A stretch of DNA of 64,000 nucleotides from Malacoraja senta (taxonomy: Eukaryota), in the NCBI GenBank assembly GCA_038087875.1, contig CM075995.1, positions 8,434,001 through 8,498,000 of the forward strand, read 5' to 3'. The position numbers and the translations under genes are program-made. Positions 37,746 through 50,839 of this stretch are shown in pieces (positions within the stretch are counted from its first letter, which is position 1; every line of letters starts with the position of its first letter). Under the pieces are notes generated by a model. That model was given only the letters and a program-made list of their open reading frames with translations, was not told where the DNA came from and searched no databases.

Positions 37746-38050
37746 GGCACGGTGGCGCAGCGGGTAGAGTTGCTGCCTCACAGCGCCAGTGACCCGGGTT
37801 CCATCCTGACTACGGGTGGTCAGCACAGAGTTTGTACGTTCTCCCCGTGACCACGTGGGTTTTCTCCGGGTGCTCCGGTTTCCTCCCACACTCCAAAGAC
37901 GTACAGGTTTGTGGGCTAATTGGCTTTGGTCTAATTGTAGAATTGTCCCCTAGTGTGTGCAGGACAGAGTTGGTGTGCGGGGATCGCTGGTCGGCACGGA
38001 CTGGGTGGACCGAAGGGCCTGTTTCCGCGCCGTGTGTCTCTGAAACTAAA
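37746..38050 (+). mobile_element. HE1-like tRNA-derived V-SINE
   Basis: tRNA-like head GGCACGGTGGCGCAGC...GGTTCCATCC, V-domain GGTTTCCTCCCACA and CR1-type tail GAAGGGCCTGTTTCC...AAACTAAA. Confidence 0.88.
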
Positions 38051-38089
38051 GCGGACTGACCATTTTACGACGAAATAGATACGACTTAC

Positions 38090-38256
38090 TGGGCGGGGCA
38101 TTGAGAAACCTGAGATGTAGACTTTCCACTTCCTCATCGACGGGCATGCTCAGCAAACCCCACCTCTGGCCCTTGTGAGTTGGCACCATCTTCACGCACA
38201 CGTCTCTGTTCCCTGAAGCTCTCACTCCATCCAACAGGCTAGCCATCAAGGAGTCT
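38090..38256 (-). CDS. DNAJC13: DNAJC13 coding exon
   Basis: [55 protein letters not shown]; ttccag|A and A|GTAAG; 167 bp. Confidence 0.97.
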
Positions 38257-38648
38257 CTGGAAATAATCATAGAAACACAGAACAGTTGCAGGAGTAGGCC
38301 ATTTGGCCCTTCGTGCCAGCACCCGCCATTCAATAGACAATAGACAATAGACAATAGGTGCAGGAGTAGGCCATTTGGCCCTTCGAGCCAGCACCGCCAT
38401 TCAATGTGATCATGGCTGATCATCCCCAATCAGTACCCCGTTCCTGCCTTCTCCCCATATCCCCTGACTCTGCTATTTTTAAGAGCCCTATCCAGCTCTC
38501 TCTTGAAAGCATCCAGAGAACCTGCCTCCTCCGCCCTCTGAGGCAGAGAATTCCACACTCACCACCAAGTGTTTCCTCGTCTCCGTTCTAAATGGCTTAC
38601 TCTTTAATCTTAAAATATGGCTTACTCCTTATTCTTAAAATATCATAC

Positions 38649-38740
38649 CTTTCTGTCGACGAGTATTTAGAAATCTGCCCTTTGATGTATTCGATATCAA
38701 AGCGCTGAGGATTTTCAGCATCGAGCACTAGAGCAAAGAT
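38649..38740 (-). CDS. DNAJC13: DNAJC13 coding exon
   Basis: [31 protein letters not shown]; acag| and AG|GTATG; 92 bp. Confidence 0.96.
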
Positions 38741-38930
38741 CTGTGAGGAGAGGGTGGAAGGAATGAAGAAACAATGAATCATTTCACCAACAATAGAAAC
38801 CGGTTACAATCACGTCGGAAGGTTAAAACTGAACAAAAACCAACTGCAAAATCCGTAAGGTGAGCCACTCCCTCGTTAACCAAAAACCTGAAAGGGGATG
38901 TACCAAATTAGGCTCAAGGCCATTGAAGGG

Positions 38931-39517
<587 letters not shown>

Positions 39518-40029
39518 AAAAAAGCTATTGCAAAACCCATTCGCCGTTCCCTTCTTTAACAAAACCCCCGAAAAGGGATCGACCAAATTAAGCTCGCAGG
39601 CAGGTTATTGTTACAAACAGTGACGGCTATTTAGGAACTAGTTAGGGTTCCCTTCATTTCCTACGTATGAAACTGTACTTTTTGTTCCTCGTTACAAACA
39701 AGCTGGTTAACTCTTGTTGGGAACTCCTGGAACAAAGGGGGAACAACATTTTTCTTGGACCCCAGGAAGGTTCCTCAGGAACAAGGATCTACCGGAGTCG
39801 CTGCCTCAAAAAGGCAGCCAGCATCATCAGAGACCCACAACACCCTGGCCACACACTCATTTCACTCCTGCCCATCGGGAAGAAGGTACAGGAGCCTGAA
39901 AACTGTCACGTCCAGGTTCAGGAACAGCTGCTTCCCCACAGCCATCAGGCTATTAAACACTACAACCTCAAATAAGCTCTGAACTACAGTAGACTATTAT
40001 TTTTATTATTGCACTATTATTGTGTTTTT

Positions 40030-40250
40030 TTGTGTGTACGTATGTGTGCGTGGCTGTGAACGTGTGTGCGTACGTGCGTGTGTGAGTATACGTGTGTGCG
40101 CGAGTACGTGTGTGTGCACATGTGCGTATGTGTGTACGTATGTGTGTACATGAGTGTGTGTGTACGTATGTGTACTTGAGTGAGTGTACGTGTGTATGTG
40201 TGTACAATGTGTGTATATACAGTATATATATATATATATATATATATAAT
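40030..40250 (+). repeat. Degenerate (TG/TA)n microsatellite in a Rex1-type 3' UTR
   Basis: Directly visible. Confidence 0.93.
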
Positions 40251-40340
40251 ACACACTTTCTCGTTTATTATATAGTTTACAGTGTACTATGTTTCCATAT
40301 CGTGTTGTGCTGCAGCAAGTAAGAATGTCATTGTTCTATC

Positions 40341-41881
40341 TGTATTGTATTGTATTGTATATCTTTATTGTCATTTCCTGAGTATTCACATACCCAGAGG
40401 AAACAAAAAAACGTTCCTCAACCAGTGTCCATTTCAGTGTGCAATAAAAAATAAATAGACGTAAAAATACATATATCATGAACAAATTAACACTCTACTC
40501 TACTAAACATCAACAGGCGTTCCGATCGGCAGCGGCACGACAGTGGCTCTGCTGCAGTGTGTCCAGGTTGGTGGTTGGTGCACGATACTTTGGCAGGGGA
40601 CAAAGTCCGTTTATCAGTCTTATAACCTGCGGGAAGAAGCTGAGGAGCATCCTGCTGGTTTTGCACCTAATGCTCCGGTACCTCTTCCCAGATGGCAGGA
40701 TGGAGAATATATGATGCGATGGGTGGTAGGGGTCTTTGATGATGGAGATGGCTCTGCTGATACATCTCTTCCTGTATATGTCCAGCAGGAATGGGAGTGG
40801 AGCACCAATAATCCTGCTGGCGGTCTTCACAATCCTGTCTAGTTGGTGCCGTTCGTACGCCTTGCAGCTCCTGAACCAGGAAGTGATGCCGTAGGTTAAT
40901 GTGCTCTCGATTGTCCCCCTATAAAAAGTTCGTAGGTGTGTAGTGGGGAGACCTGCTTTACGTAGTCTTCGGAGAGGGTGTAGTCACTGCTGGGCTCTCT
41001 TGACCAGTGCTGTGGTGTTGGTCGTGGACGTCAGGTCATCTGACAGGTGGAGTCCTAGGAACTTCACGCTGTTGACCCTTTCCACATCAGCTCCATCGAT
41101 GTGCAGAGGTGTATGGTGTTGTTTTCCCACCCTCCTGAAGTCAACCACCATCTCCTTAGTTTTTCCCACGTTGAGAATGAGGTTGTGGGATTTGCACCAT
41201 CCTGTGAGCAGCTCCACCTCCATCCTGTACGCCGACTCATCATTGTCACTGATGAGACCCACCACTGTTGTGTCATCAGCGAACTTGTTGATGAAGTTGT
41301 TGTTGAGTCTAGCAGTACAGTCATGTGTTAGCAGACTAAACAGCAGGGGGCTTAGGACACAGCCTTGGGGCGAGCCAGTGCTCACGGCTATGGTTTTTGA
41401 TGTCCTACTGCCCACCCTGACTGTCTGCTGCCGTTGCGATAGAAAGTTCAGGACCCAGTTACATGTGCCAGCATCAACCCCCAATAGCTCCAACTTCTCC
41501 ACCAACTGCTGCGGAATGATTGTATTAAAAGCAGAGCTGAAGTCTATGAAGAGGATCCTGGCATAAGTATTTTTCCGATCAAGGTGTGACAGTACGAGGT
41601 TCAGTGTTGTTGAGACTGCGTCCTCTGTGGATCGGTTGGCTCTGTAGGCGAACTGCAGTGGGTCTAGGTCGGCAGGTAGACTATTTTTGATATGCTGCAT
41701 AACCAGTCGCTCAAAACACTTCATTACTATGGGTGTTAGAGCCACTGGTCGAAAGTCATTATGGCAGGCTGGGTTTGGTTTCTTCAGGACAGGGACGATG
41801 GTGGCACTCTTAAGACAGTTGGGCACTACTGCCTGGCTGAGTGAGATGTTAAAAATGTCTGTGAAGACATCTTTCAGTTGC
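40341..41881 (-). mobile_element. Rex1/Babar-clade LINE, 5'-truncated, nested in an older Rex1-type tail
   Basis: [61 protein letters not shown]; one stop at 40984-40986; (CAATA)n tail; tctatctg on both sides. Confidence 0.93.
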
Positions 41882-42859
41882 ATCTATCTGGGACACATCT
41901 ATCTGGGACACATGACAATAAAACACTCTTGACTTGACATCAATGCTGTAAAGGGGCTTAGAGTTATAAAGCTTTGGCCCAATTCGTCCACACTGGTCAA
42001 GATGTTCCATCTAAGCTTTAGCCCCATTTTGCCCCATGGTCCTTTATAATCGGCTGCTGTCTGTCCCGCTAAGTCACTTCAACAGTTAGTGTCTATTCAT
42101 GAACCCGTCCAAGTGTGTTTTAAATGCAATTCTATTACCAGTTTGGTAATAGAATTACCAAGCCACCATGTTTGGTCGCGCTAGACGCATGCAGTCGCGA
42201 CCAAACGGATTTGATCCTGACTACGTGTGCTGTTTGTACGGAGTTTGCACGTTCTCCCCGTGACCTGAGTGGGTTTTCTCCGAGATCTCTGGTTTCCTCC
42301 CACACTCCAAAAGACGTGCAGGTATGTAGGTTAATTGGCTTGGTGTAAATGTAAAAATAGTGTAAATATTCGGGGATCGCTGGTCGGCGCAGACCCGGTG
42401 GGCCGAAGGGCCTGTTTCAGCGCTGTATCTCCAAACTAAACAAAACTAAAATTCAACCTCTCAAAGTGCGACACCTCACAATTGCCTAGACAGCAGACAA
42501 ACTGGCCGTTCACCTCATTGAGCCCATTGAGCTTGTGTTGATCGTTAAGCACCCCCACCATTTGGTCACACAATCCCATCAAATCTCCATAGATGCCGCC
42601 CTTCCGTACACCGGGAGACAGTGGCCCAGACACCCTAGCAACCCACACACCTTTGGGATGTTGAAGGAAATCAAGGCACCCGAGGGAAAACCCACTCCAT
42701 CACTGGGAGAACGTGCAAACTCCACACTGACAGAACGTGCAAAAACTCCACACTGACAGCAGCACAGGCAAGGACTGGAGCCATGGGGTGGCAGCTGTGT
42801 TCGTTGTGTTATTCTTGATCATTGCAAGCTATCGGATACCTTAAACAATTCCAGGTGGG

Positions 42860-43043
42860 CAAAAATGCTGGAGAAACTCAGCGGGTGAGGCAGCATCTGT
42901 GGAGCGAAGGAAATAGGCGACGTTTCGGGCCGAAACCCTTCTTCAGATTGGGCGGTCTGAAGAAGGGTTTCGGCCCGAAACGTTGCCTATTTCCTTCGCT
43001 CCATAGATGCTGCTGCACCCGCTGAGTTTCTCCAGAATTTTTG
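42860..43043. mobile_element. Palindromic Penelope-derived element with two divergent hammerhead cores
   Basis: About 88-bp inverted arms around an 8-bp spacer. Each arm begins CTGAAGA-A-GGGT-TTCG-GCCC-GAAAC-GTY. Confidence 0.8.
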
Positions 43044-43046
43044 TGT

Positions 43047-43500
43047 ACAGTCCAAGGAACTGCTCTGCCCAGGACAAGAAGGCTCTGCAGAGAGTAGTTC
43101 GTTCGGCCGAACGCACTGTAGGAACTACATTCGCCCCCCTGCAGGACGTATACATCAGAAGATGCAGTTCCAGAGCCAACAAGATCGTGGGGGACCCCTT
43201 CCACCCCAGCAACGGACTGTTCCAGCTGCTACGGTCAGGCAAACACCTCCGTTGCCATGCTGTGAGAACGGAGAGGTTGAGAAGGAGTTTCTTCCCAGAG
43301 GCCATTAGGACTGTAAACTCCTATCTCACCAGGGACTAACTAACTGAACCAATTTACTGTTGTTTTTTTTCCCCCCCCCACAAATATGTAGTTACTGATT
43401 CTGTTCCATTCTGTTTTGTTGTGTTTTGCACAATCCGCAAGCGTTGCCACTTTTCATTTCACTGCACATCTCGTATGCGTATGTGACGAATAAACTTGAC
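43047..43500 (+). mobile_element. Rex1-type LINE 3' fragment
   Basis: DKKALQRVVRSAERTVG...DPFHPSNGLFQLLRSGK...RRSFFPEAIR; a related copy lies at 8895-9305. Confidence 0.88.
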
Positions 43501-43671
43501 CTAACTTGTTTGAAAATAATAGCTTCAAACATCAAGCTTTTCAATGTTACCTTTGCAATTGAGTACACTGGACACTCACGGGACACTAAGTGAATCAGTA
43601 AGTCAACAACTCTTCAACGGACCATTTATTTGGATGCAATTACTTTGGTGCACCTTACATAGGTTGTCAAA

Positions 43672-43975
43672 TTTAGTTTACAGATACAGCGCGGAAACAG
43701 GCCCACCGGGTCCGCGCCTGCCAGCGATCCCCGCACTCTTAACACCATCCTACACCCACTGGGGACAATTTTTCCATTTACCAAACCAAATTAACCTACA
43801 AACTTTGACGTCTTTGGAGTGTGGGAGGAAACCGAAGATCTCGGAGAAAACCCACGCAGGTCACGGAGAAGAACGTACAAACTCCGTACAGACAGCACCG
43901 GTAGTCGGGATCGAACCTGGGTCTCCGGTGCCGCAAGCGCTGTAAGGCAGCAACTCTACCGCTGTGCCACCGCGA
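43672..43975 (-). mobile_element. HE1-like SINE
   Basis: Reverse complement of the family; further copies near 51250-51447, 54876-55182 and 55730-56020. Confidence 0.86.
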
Positions 43976-44730
43976 CCGCCCTTTAGTCAAGTTAAGACAA
44001 GTCAAGAGAGTTCTATTATCATGTGTCCCAGATCGGACAATGAAATTCTTGCTTGCTGCAGCACAACAGAATATGTAAACATAATACAGAACAGGAGATA
44101 AAAGTTCAGTGTGTTTATAGACCATAGACCATATATATACAATAAATAATCAAATAAATAGACAATAGACAATAGGTGCAGGAGGAGGCCATTTGGCCCT
44201 TCGAGTCAGCACCGCCATTCAATGTGATCATGGCTGATCATCCCCAATCAGTACCCCGTTCCTGCCTTCTCCCATATCCCCTGATGCCGCTATTTTTAAG
44301 AGCCCTATCTAGCTCTCTCTTGAAAGTATCCAGAGAACCGGCCTCCACCGCCCACCGCCAAATAAAGTGCAATAGGCTGTTATAGTTCAGAGTTTGTTTG
44401 ATGTTGTGTTTAATAGCCTGATGGCTGTGGGGAAGGGGCTGTTACTGAACCTGGATGTTCCAGAGTTCAAGCTCCTGTACCTTCTTCCCGATGGCAACTA
44501 GAGATGAGTGTGTGGCCAGGATGTGTGGGACTTTGATGATGTTGGCAGCCTTTTTGAGGCACAAGAAACCACAATGCGCAGTTTTTTAAAACTGCAATGC
44601 GTCTCCCAAAGTCAAAATAGCTGAGGCAGAGAGTGTGGAATGATTCGCTGCAGTCGTGACGGGAATCGGTGCACTCTCCTTTTTAACCTTAAATGGAAAA
44701 CAAATCAAGCGTTGGTGAAGCGATACGAAC

Positions 44731-44826
44731 CTCTCCTAAAGGCTTCAGCGTGACAATGTTGTACGTGGCTGGATCACGTTCCACTAAACACGTTTCCGTA
44801 AGCGCCAACACCCTCTTTACTGCATC
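44731..44826 (-). CDS. DNAJC13: DNAJC13 coding exon
   Basis: [32 protein letters not shown]; ttccag| and |GTTCG; 96 bp. Confidence 0.96.
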
Positions 44827-47098
44827 CTGGAAAATGAAAAGTTGCAGAAGTAACAAAATCCTTGAGGATTAAATTTATTATTTGCGCATGTCGATATCGA
44901 GGTTCAATGAAAAGCGTTGTGTTGCAAGCTAGTTAATAATACTACACATCAATACAATAGACAATAGGTGCAGGAGGAGGCCATTCGGCCCTTCGAGCCA
45001 GCACCTCCATTTCACACAGAGAGTGGTGAATCTCTGGAACTCTCTGCCACAGAGGGTAGTTGAGGCCAGTTCATTGGCTATATTTAAGAGGGAATTAGAT
45101 GTGGCCCTTGTGGCTAAAGGGATCAGGGGGTATGGAGAGAAGGCAGGAACGGGATACTGAGTTGGATGATCAGCCATGATCGTATTGAATGGCGGTGCAG
45201 GCTCGAAGGGCCGAATGGCCTACTCCTGCACCTAATTTCTATGTATCTATGTATTCAATGTGATCATGGCTGATCATCCCAATCAGTACCCCGTTCCTGC
45301 CTTCTCCCCATATCCCCTGACTCCGCTATTTTTAAGAGCCCTATCTAGTTCTGTACAATTCTGGTCGCCAAATTATAGGAAGATGTCAACAAAATAGAGA
45401 GAGTACAGAGGAGATTTTACTAGAATGTTGCCTGGGTTTCAGCACATAAGTTACAGAGAAAGGTTGAACAAGTTAGGTCTTTATTCTTTGCAGCGCAGAA
45501 GGTTAAGGGGGGACTTGATAGAGGTCTTTAAAATTATGAGAGGGGATAGACAGAGTTGACGTGGATAAGCTTTTTCCATTGAGAGTAGGAAGATTCAAAC
45601 AAGAGGACATGATTTGAGAATTAAGGGACAGAAGTTTAGGGGTAACATGAGGGGGAACTTCTTACTCAGAGAGTGGTAGCTGTGTGGAATGAGCTTCCAG
45701 TGGAAGTGGTTGAGGCAGCTTCGATTTTATCATTTAAAAATACATTGGATAGGTATATGGATGGGACTAGGTGAGAGTAAGTGTTCGGCACGGACTAGAA
45801 GGGCCGAGATGGCCTGTTTCCGTGCTGAAATTGTTATATGGTTATATGGTTAAGTCTACTCCGCCATTCAATCATGGCTGATCTATCTCTCCCCTCTCAA
45901 CCCACTCTCCTGCCTTCACCCCATAACACCTGACTCCCGTACTAATCAAGAATTTGTCAATCTCCACCTTAAAAATATCCACTGACTTGGCCTCCACCGC
46001 CGTCTGTGGCAATCAATTCCACAGATTCGCCACTCTCCTGACTAAAGACATTCCTCCTCGTCTCCTTTTGGAATGTACGTCCTTTTTTTTGTGAGGCTGT
46101 GCCCTCGGGTCCTAGACTCTCCCACTCGTGGAATCATCCTCTCCACATCCACTCGATCCAGGTATATTTACAGGGTTTATTTTGAATTGCTTTCCAATCA
46201 GATAATACAGATAAAAGGGGGAGGGGAATAGACAAAAGACAATAGATAGGTGCAGGAGTAGGCCATTCGGCCCTTCGAGCCGGCACCGCCATTCAATGTG
46301 ATCATGGCTGATCATCCCCAATCAGTACCCCGTTCCTGCCTTCTCCCCATATCCCCTGCCTCCGCTATTTTTAAGAGCCCTATCTAGCTCTCTCTTGAAA
46401 GCATCCAGAGAACCTGCCTCCACCTGAGGCAGAGAATTCCACAGACTCACCACTCTCTGTGTGAAAAAGTGTTTCCTCATCTCCGTTCTAAATGGCTTAC
46501 TCCTTATTCTTAAACTGTGGCCCCTGGTTCTGGACTCCCCCAACATCGGGAACATGTTTCCTGCCTCTATTTTTAAGGTGGAGATTGACAAATTCTTGAT
46601 TAGTAAAAGCAAATGGGCTGAAACCGAGAGGTACGGGTTTAGGAGGTGTACCGAGATACAGGGAAAGGTTTTGTCGGTCAACACGCAACAAAAGCTTTTC
46701 ACTGTTCCTCGGTACAGGTGACGATAAACTAAGCGGTTGTTGCCGCATGTACCGAGATACAGTGAACAGCTTTCTGTTGCAGGTGATCCAAACTGATCAG
46801 TTCACACTACACACCAATAGAGTCAAGTCAAACTCAAGTACAGTAGGTAGAGCAAAGGGGGTCAGGCAGCACCTCTGGAGAGAAGGAACGGGTGACGTTT
46901 CGGGTCTGAAGGAGGGTCACCACATGAAAAAGTCACCTCCACTTTTCCCCCAGAGATGCAGCCTGACCCGCTGTTGCTTTCCCATTTACCACACAAAACC
47001 CACCAGGCCCACCCAGCGGAATGAATATTGACTTCTCTCATTTCAAGTCCCCCTCCCCCCACCGAGTCAGTCTCAAAACGTCACTTATTCCTTTTGTC

Positions 47099-47820
47099 CA
47101 GAGATGCTGCCTGACCCGCTGAGTTTCTCCAGCACTCTGTGAAACGTCACCTATCCATGTTCTCCAGAGATTTACGAGATTGATCCCTGGGAAGGCGGGA
47201 CTGTCATATGAGGAAAGATTGAAAAAGTCTAGGCTTGTATTCACTGGAGTTTAGAAGGATGAGGGGGCATCTTATAGAAACATATAAAATTATAAAAGGA
47301 CTGGACAAGCTAGATGCAGGAAAAATGTTCCCAATGTTGGGGCGAGTCCAGAACCAGGGGCCACAGTCTTAGAATAAAGGGGAGGTCATTTAAGACTGAG
47401 GTGAGAAAAAACTTTTTCACCCAGAGAGTTGTGTATTTATGGAATTCCCTGCCACAGTGGAGGCCAAGTCACTGGATGGATTTAAGAGAGAGTTAGATAG
47501 AGCTCTAGGGGTCTGGTGGAGTCAAGGGATATGGGGAGAAGGCAGGCACGGCTTATTGATAGGGGACGATCAGCCATGGTCACAATGAATGGCGGTGCTG
47601 GCTCGAAGGGCCGAATGGCCTCCTCCTGCACCTATTTTCTATGTTTCTATGCTGCCTGACCCGCTGAGTTACTCCAGCACTCTGTGAAACGTCACCTATC
47701 CATGTTCTCCACAGATGCTGCCTGACCCGCTGAGTTACTCCAGCACTCTGTGAAACGTCACCTATCCATGTTCTCCACAGATGCGGCCTGACCCGCTGAG
47801 TTACTCCAGCACTCTGTGTC
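47099..47820 (-). repeat. Same 66-bp minisatellite, inverted and interrupted by a + strand CR1 3' fragment (about 47170-47650)
   Basis: Reverse-complement units at 47099-47168 and 47649-47820 flank the CR1 sequence. Confidence 0.9.
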
Positions 47821-47862
47821 CATCTTCTCTGCACTCTCAATGACATCTTGAAGGTGACGTAC

Positions 47863-48070
47863 CTGATGCCTTTGTGCAATTTTCTGCACGATGAATTCTG
47901 CCAGTGAGGTGATGGACTCGTCATTGCTGTACTTTCCAAAGCGGTGACTCTGGTACAAGTCGAACTCAAACGGTTCTTTCCGGATGCGGAGAGAAATGCC
48001 GATGTAGTTGCCGGCGTGCTCGATCGCACACCTGATGATCTCTTCCCTTTGTTCAGATGCAAAAAAGGTG
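47863..48070 (-). CDS. DNAJC13: DNAJC13 coding exon with an apparent +1 T frameshift (A6 run at 48061-48066)
   Basis: HLF / [66 protein letters not shown]; 208 bp where phase requires 207. Confidence 0.96.
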
Positions 48071-48169
48071 CTGGAATTACAAAAAGCATCGACTGAGAAT
48101 AAATCTCTGCATAAAAATAGTAAAATCACGAGAGGAATAGATCTGGTAGATCCCCTTGTCGGGTTGATG

Positions 48170-48748
48170 ACAATAGACAATGGACAATAGACAATAGGTG
48201 CAGGAGTAGGCCATTAGGCCCTTCGAGCCAGCGCCGCCATTCAATGTGATCATGGCTGATCATCCCCAATCAGTACCCCGTTCCTGCCTTCTCCCCATAT
48301 ACCCTGACTCCGCTATTTTTAAGAGTCCTATCTAGCTCTCTCTTGAAAGCATCCAGAGAACCTGCCTCTACCGCCCTCTGAGGCAGAGAATTCCACAGAC
48401 TCACCACTCTCTGTGAGAAAAAGTGTTTCCTCTCTCCGTTCTAAATAGCTTACTCCTTATTCTTAAACTGTGGCCCCTGGTTCTGGACTCCCCCAACATT
48501 GGAACATGTTTCCTGCCTCTAGCGTGTTCAACCCTTAACAATCTTATATGTTTCAATGAGATTTCCCTCTCATCCTTCTAAACTCCAGAGTGTACAGCCC
48601 AGCTGATCCATTCTCTCCGCATATGACAGTCCCGCCATCCCGGGAATTAACCTTGTGAACCTTCGCTGCACTCCCTCAATAGCAAGAATGTCCTTCCTCA
48701 AATTAGGGGACCAATTCTGCACACAATACTCCAGATGTGGTCTCACTA
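48170..48748 (-). mobile_element. CR1 3' fragment
   Basis: Same family as 4523-5943. Confidence 0.92.
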
Positions 48749-49988
48749 GGTGATCTTATAGCGGTGTACAATACCATGAGAGATTGGGTCAACGCCCAGA
48801 GTAGGGAATCGAGGACCAGGTAACATAAGTTTAAGGTGAAGGGGGAAAGATTTAATAGGAATCCCAGGGGTAACTTTTTCAGAGGGTGGTGGGTGTATGG
48901 AACGAGCTACAGAGGAGGTAGTTGAGGCTGGGACTATCCCATCGTTTAAGACACAGTTAAACAGGTACATTGATAGGACAGGTTTGGAGGGATATGGACC
49001 AAACGCAGGCAGGTGGGACTAGTGTAGCTGGGACATGTTGGCCGTGTGGGCGAGTTGGGCAGAAGGGCCTGTTTCCACACCGTATCACTCTACGACTCTA
49101 AAAATTGCCGGTCGACAGGAACTAGGACCCGCCCGAAGGCTCGTGGGGTCGCTCGGCGTATCAGGGAGGGAGCTGGAGACGTGGGACGTGAGGTGCAAGG
49201 GCCGGTGAAACGGGGCGATGCCTCCAGCGCCTTCAAGGCCGACTGCAGGAGGCGCCCACGGGTCACAAAGGCCGGGCGAGGAGAGGAGAGGGACTTGGGT
49301 TCATTGAAACATAGAAAATAGGTGCAGGAGGAGGCCATTCGGCCCTTCGAGCCAGCACCGCCATTCACTGTGATCATGGCTGATCGTCCCCTATCAATAA
49401 CCCGTGCCTGCCTTCTCCCCATATCCCTTGGACTCCACTAGCCCCTAGAGCTCTATCTAACTCTCTCTTAAATCCATCCAGCGACTTGGCCTCCACTGCC
49501 CTCTGTGGCAGGGAATTCCACAAATTCACAACTCTCTGGGTGAAAACGTTTTTTTCTCACCTCAGTCTTAAATGGCCTCCCTTTATTCTAAGACTGTGGC
49601 CCCTGGTTCTGGACTCGCCCAACATTGGGAACATTTTTCCTGCATCTAGCTTGTCCAGCCCTTTTCGCTGTTCGCGGTCCGCGCGGACTGCTGCAGGATA
49701 TCGAGCGCCCGCGGGCCGACCGGACTTTGAATAATGCCGCCAAAAACGGTGACGCAAAAAGAATTTCACTGTGCAGCTGCGTATGTGATGAATAAAGCAC
49801 CATTGCAATAACCCTTCATTGATCATGCAAGAGTAATCAATAACTTGCAGTATATATATATCCTTAATATGGTTGATGTCACAGAGGTATTTATAGCTAA
49901 CTGAGTTACAGAAGGAATTTTAAAGCAGTGACTAAAAAAATGCTTGGTCAAAGAGGAAGCATTCACTAAAGGAAGCAAAGGTCACAGA

Positions 49989-50839
49989 TAGTGTCGCCAA
50001 CGTTCTCACTCCCAAATAAGGGACAAAAGGTCAAAATACGGGACAAATTCCCCACGGCAATTCGTTGAGCGACTCGGCCGTGGCTGGGTGGATGATGAGT
50101 TGGCCCCGGGTGCTGGACTGCACACAAAGCCCAGCCCCGGCTGAGGAGTTTTGGCCCGAGCCGCGCGCAAAGTCCGGCGCCCCGTGCAACTCATGAACCG
50201 ATGATCGGCCGTGAGAAGGAGGGGGGGTGGTGGTGTCGGCGGTAAGCAAAGGTCCGAAGGTCGGACCAGCTGGCCGGGCTGCCGACCGACCGACGGGGCC
50301 ACGGGCGAGGAGGCGCTGCTGCTGCTGCTGCTGCTGCACTCCACGGGCTGCACTACGTCGGGACGGGTGAGGCGGGGCCGGACGCGGCGCTCCGACCCGA
50401 CAGTCCACTCGACCCGAGTAGTAGCGGTCAAATACGGGACAAACCAATTTAGCCAATATACGGGTGTCCCGGCTAATGCAGGAAAATGTTCCAATGTTGG
50501 GCGAGTCCAGAACCAGGGCCACAGTCTTAGAATAATGGGGGAGGCCATTTAAGACTGAGGTGAGAAAACCACTTTTCACCCAGAGAGTTGTGAATTTATG
50601 GAATTCCCTGCCACAGAGGGCAGTGGAGGCCAAGTCACTGGATGGATTTAAGAGAGAGTTAGATAGAGCTCTAGGGCTAGTGAGTCAAGGGATATGGGGA
50701 GAAGGCAGGAACGGGTTATTGATAGGGGACGATCAGCCATGATCACAATGAATGGCGGTGCTGGCTCGAAGGGCCGAATGGCCTCCCACCTGCACCTATT
50801 TTCTATGTTTCTATGTAATACGGGACAGTGGCAACTCTA
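49989..50839. mobile_element. hAT-like non-autonomous element with a nested CR1 fragment (50476-50815)
   Basis: Termini TAGTGTCGCCA...TGGCAACTCTA, 8-bp TSD gtcacaga/gtctcaga and subterminal GGGACA repeats. Confidence 0.78.

Noticed and set aside
50006..50633. PolyQ/polyS/polyL protein ORFs
   Set aside because: They arise from the GC-rich core and CTG tract of a non-autonomous transposon plus a nested CR1.
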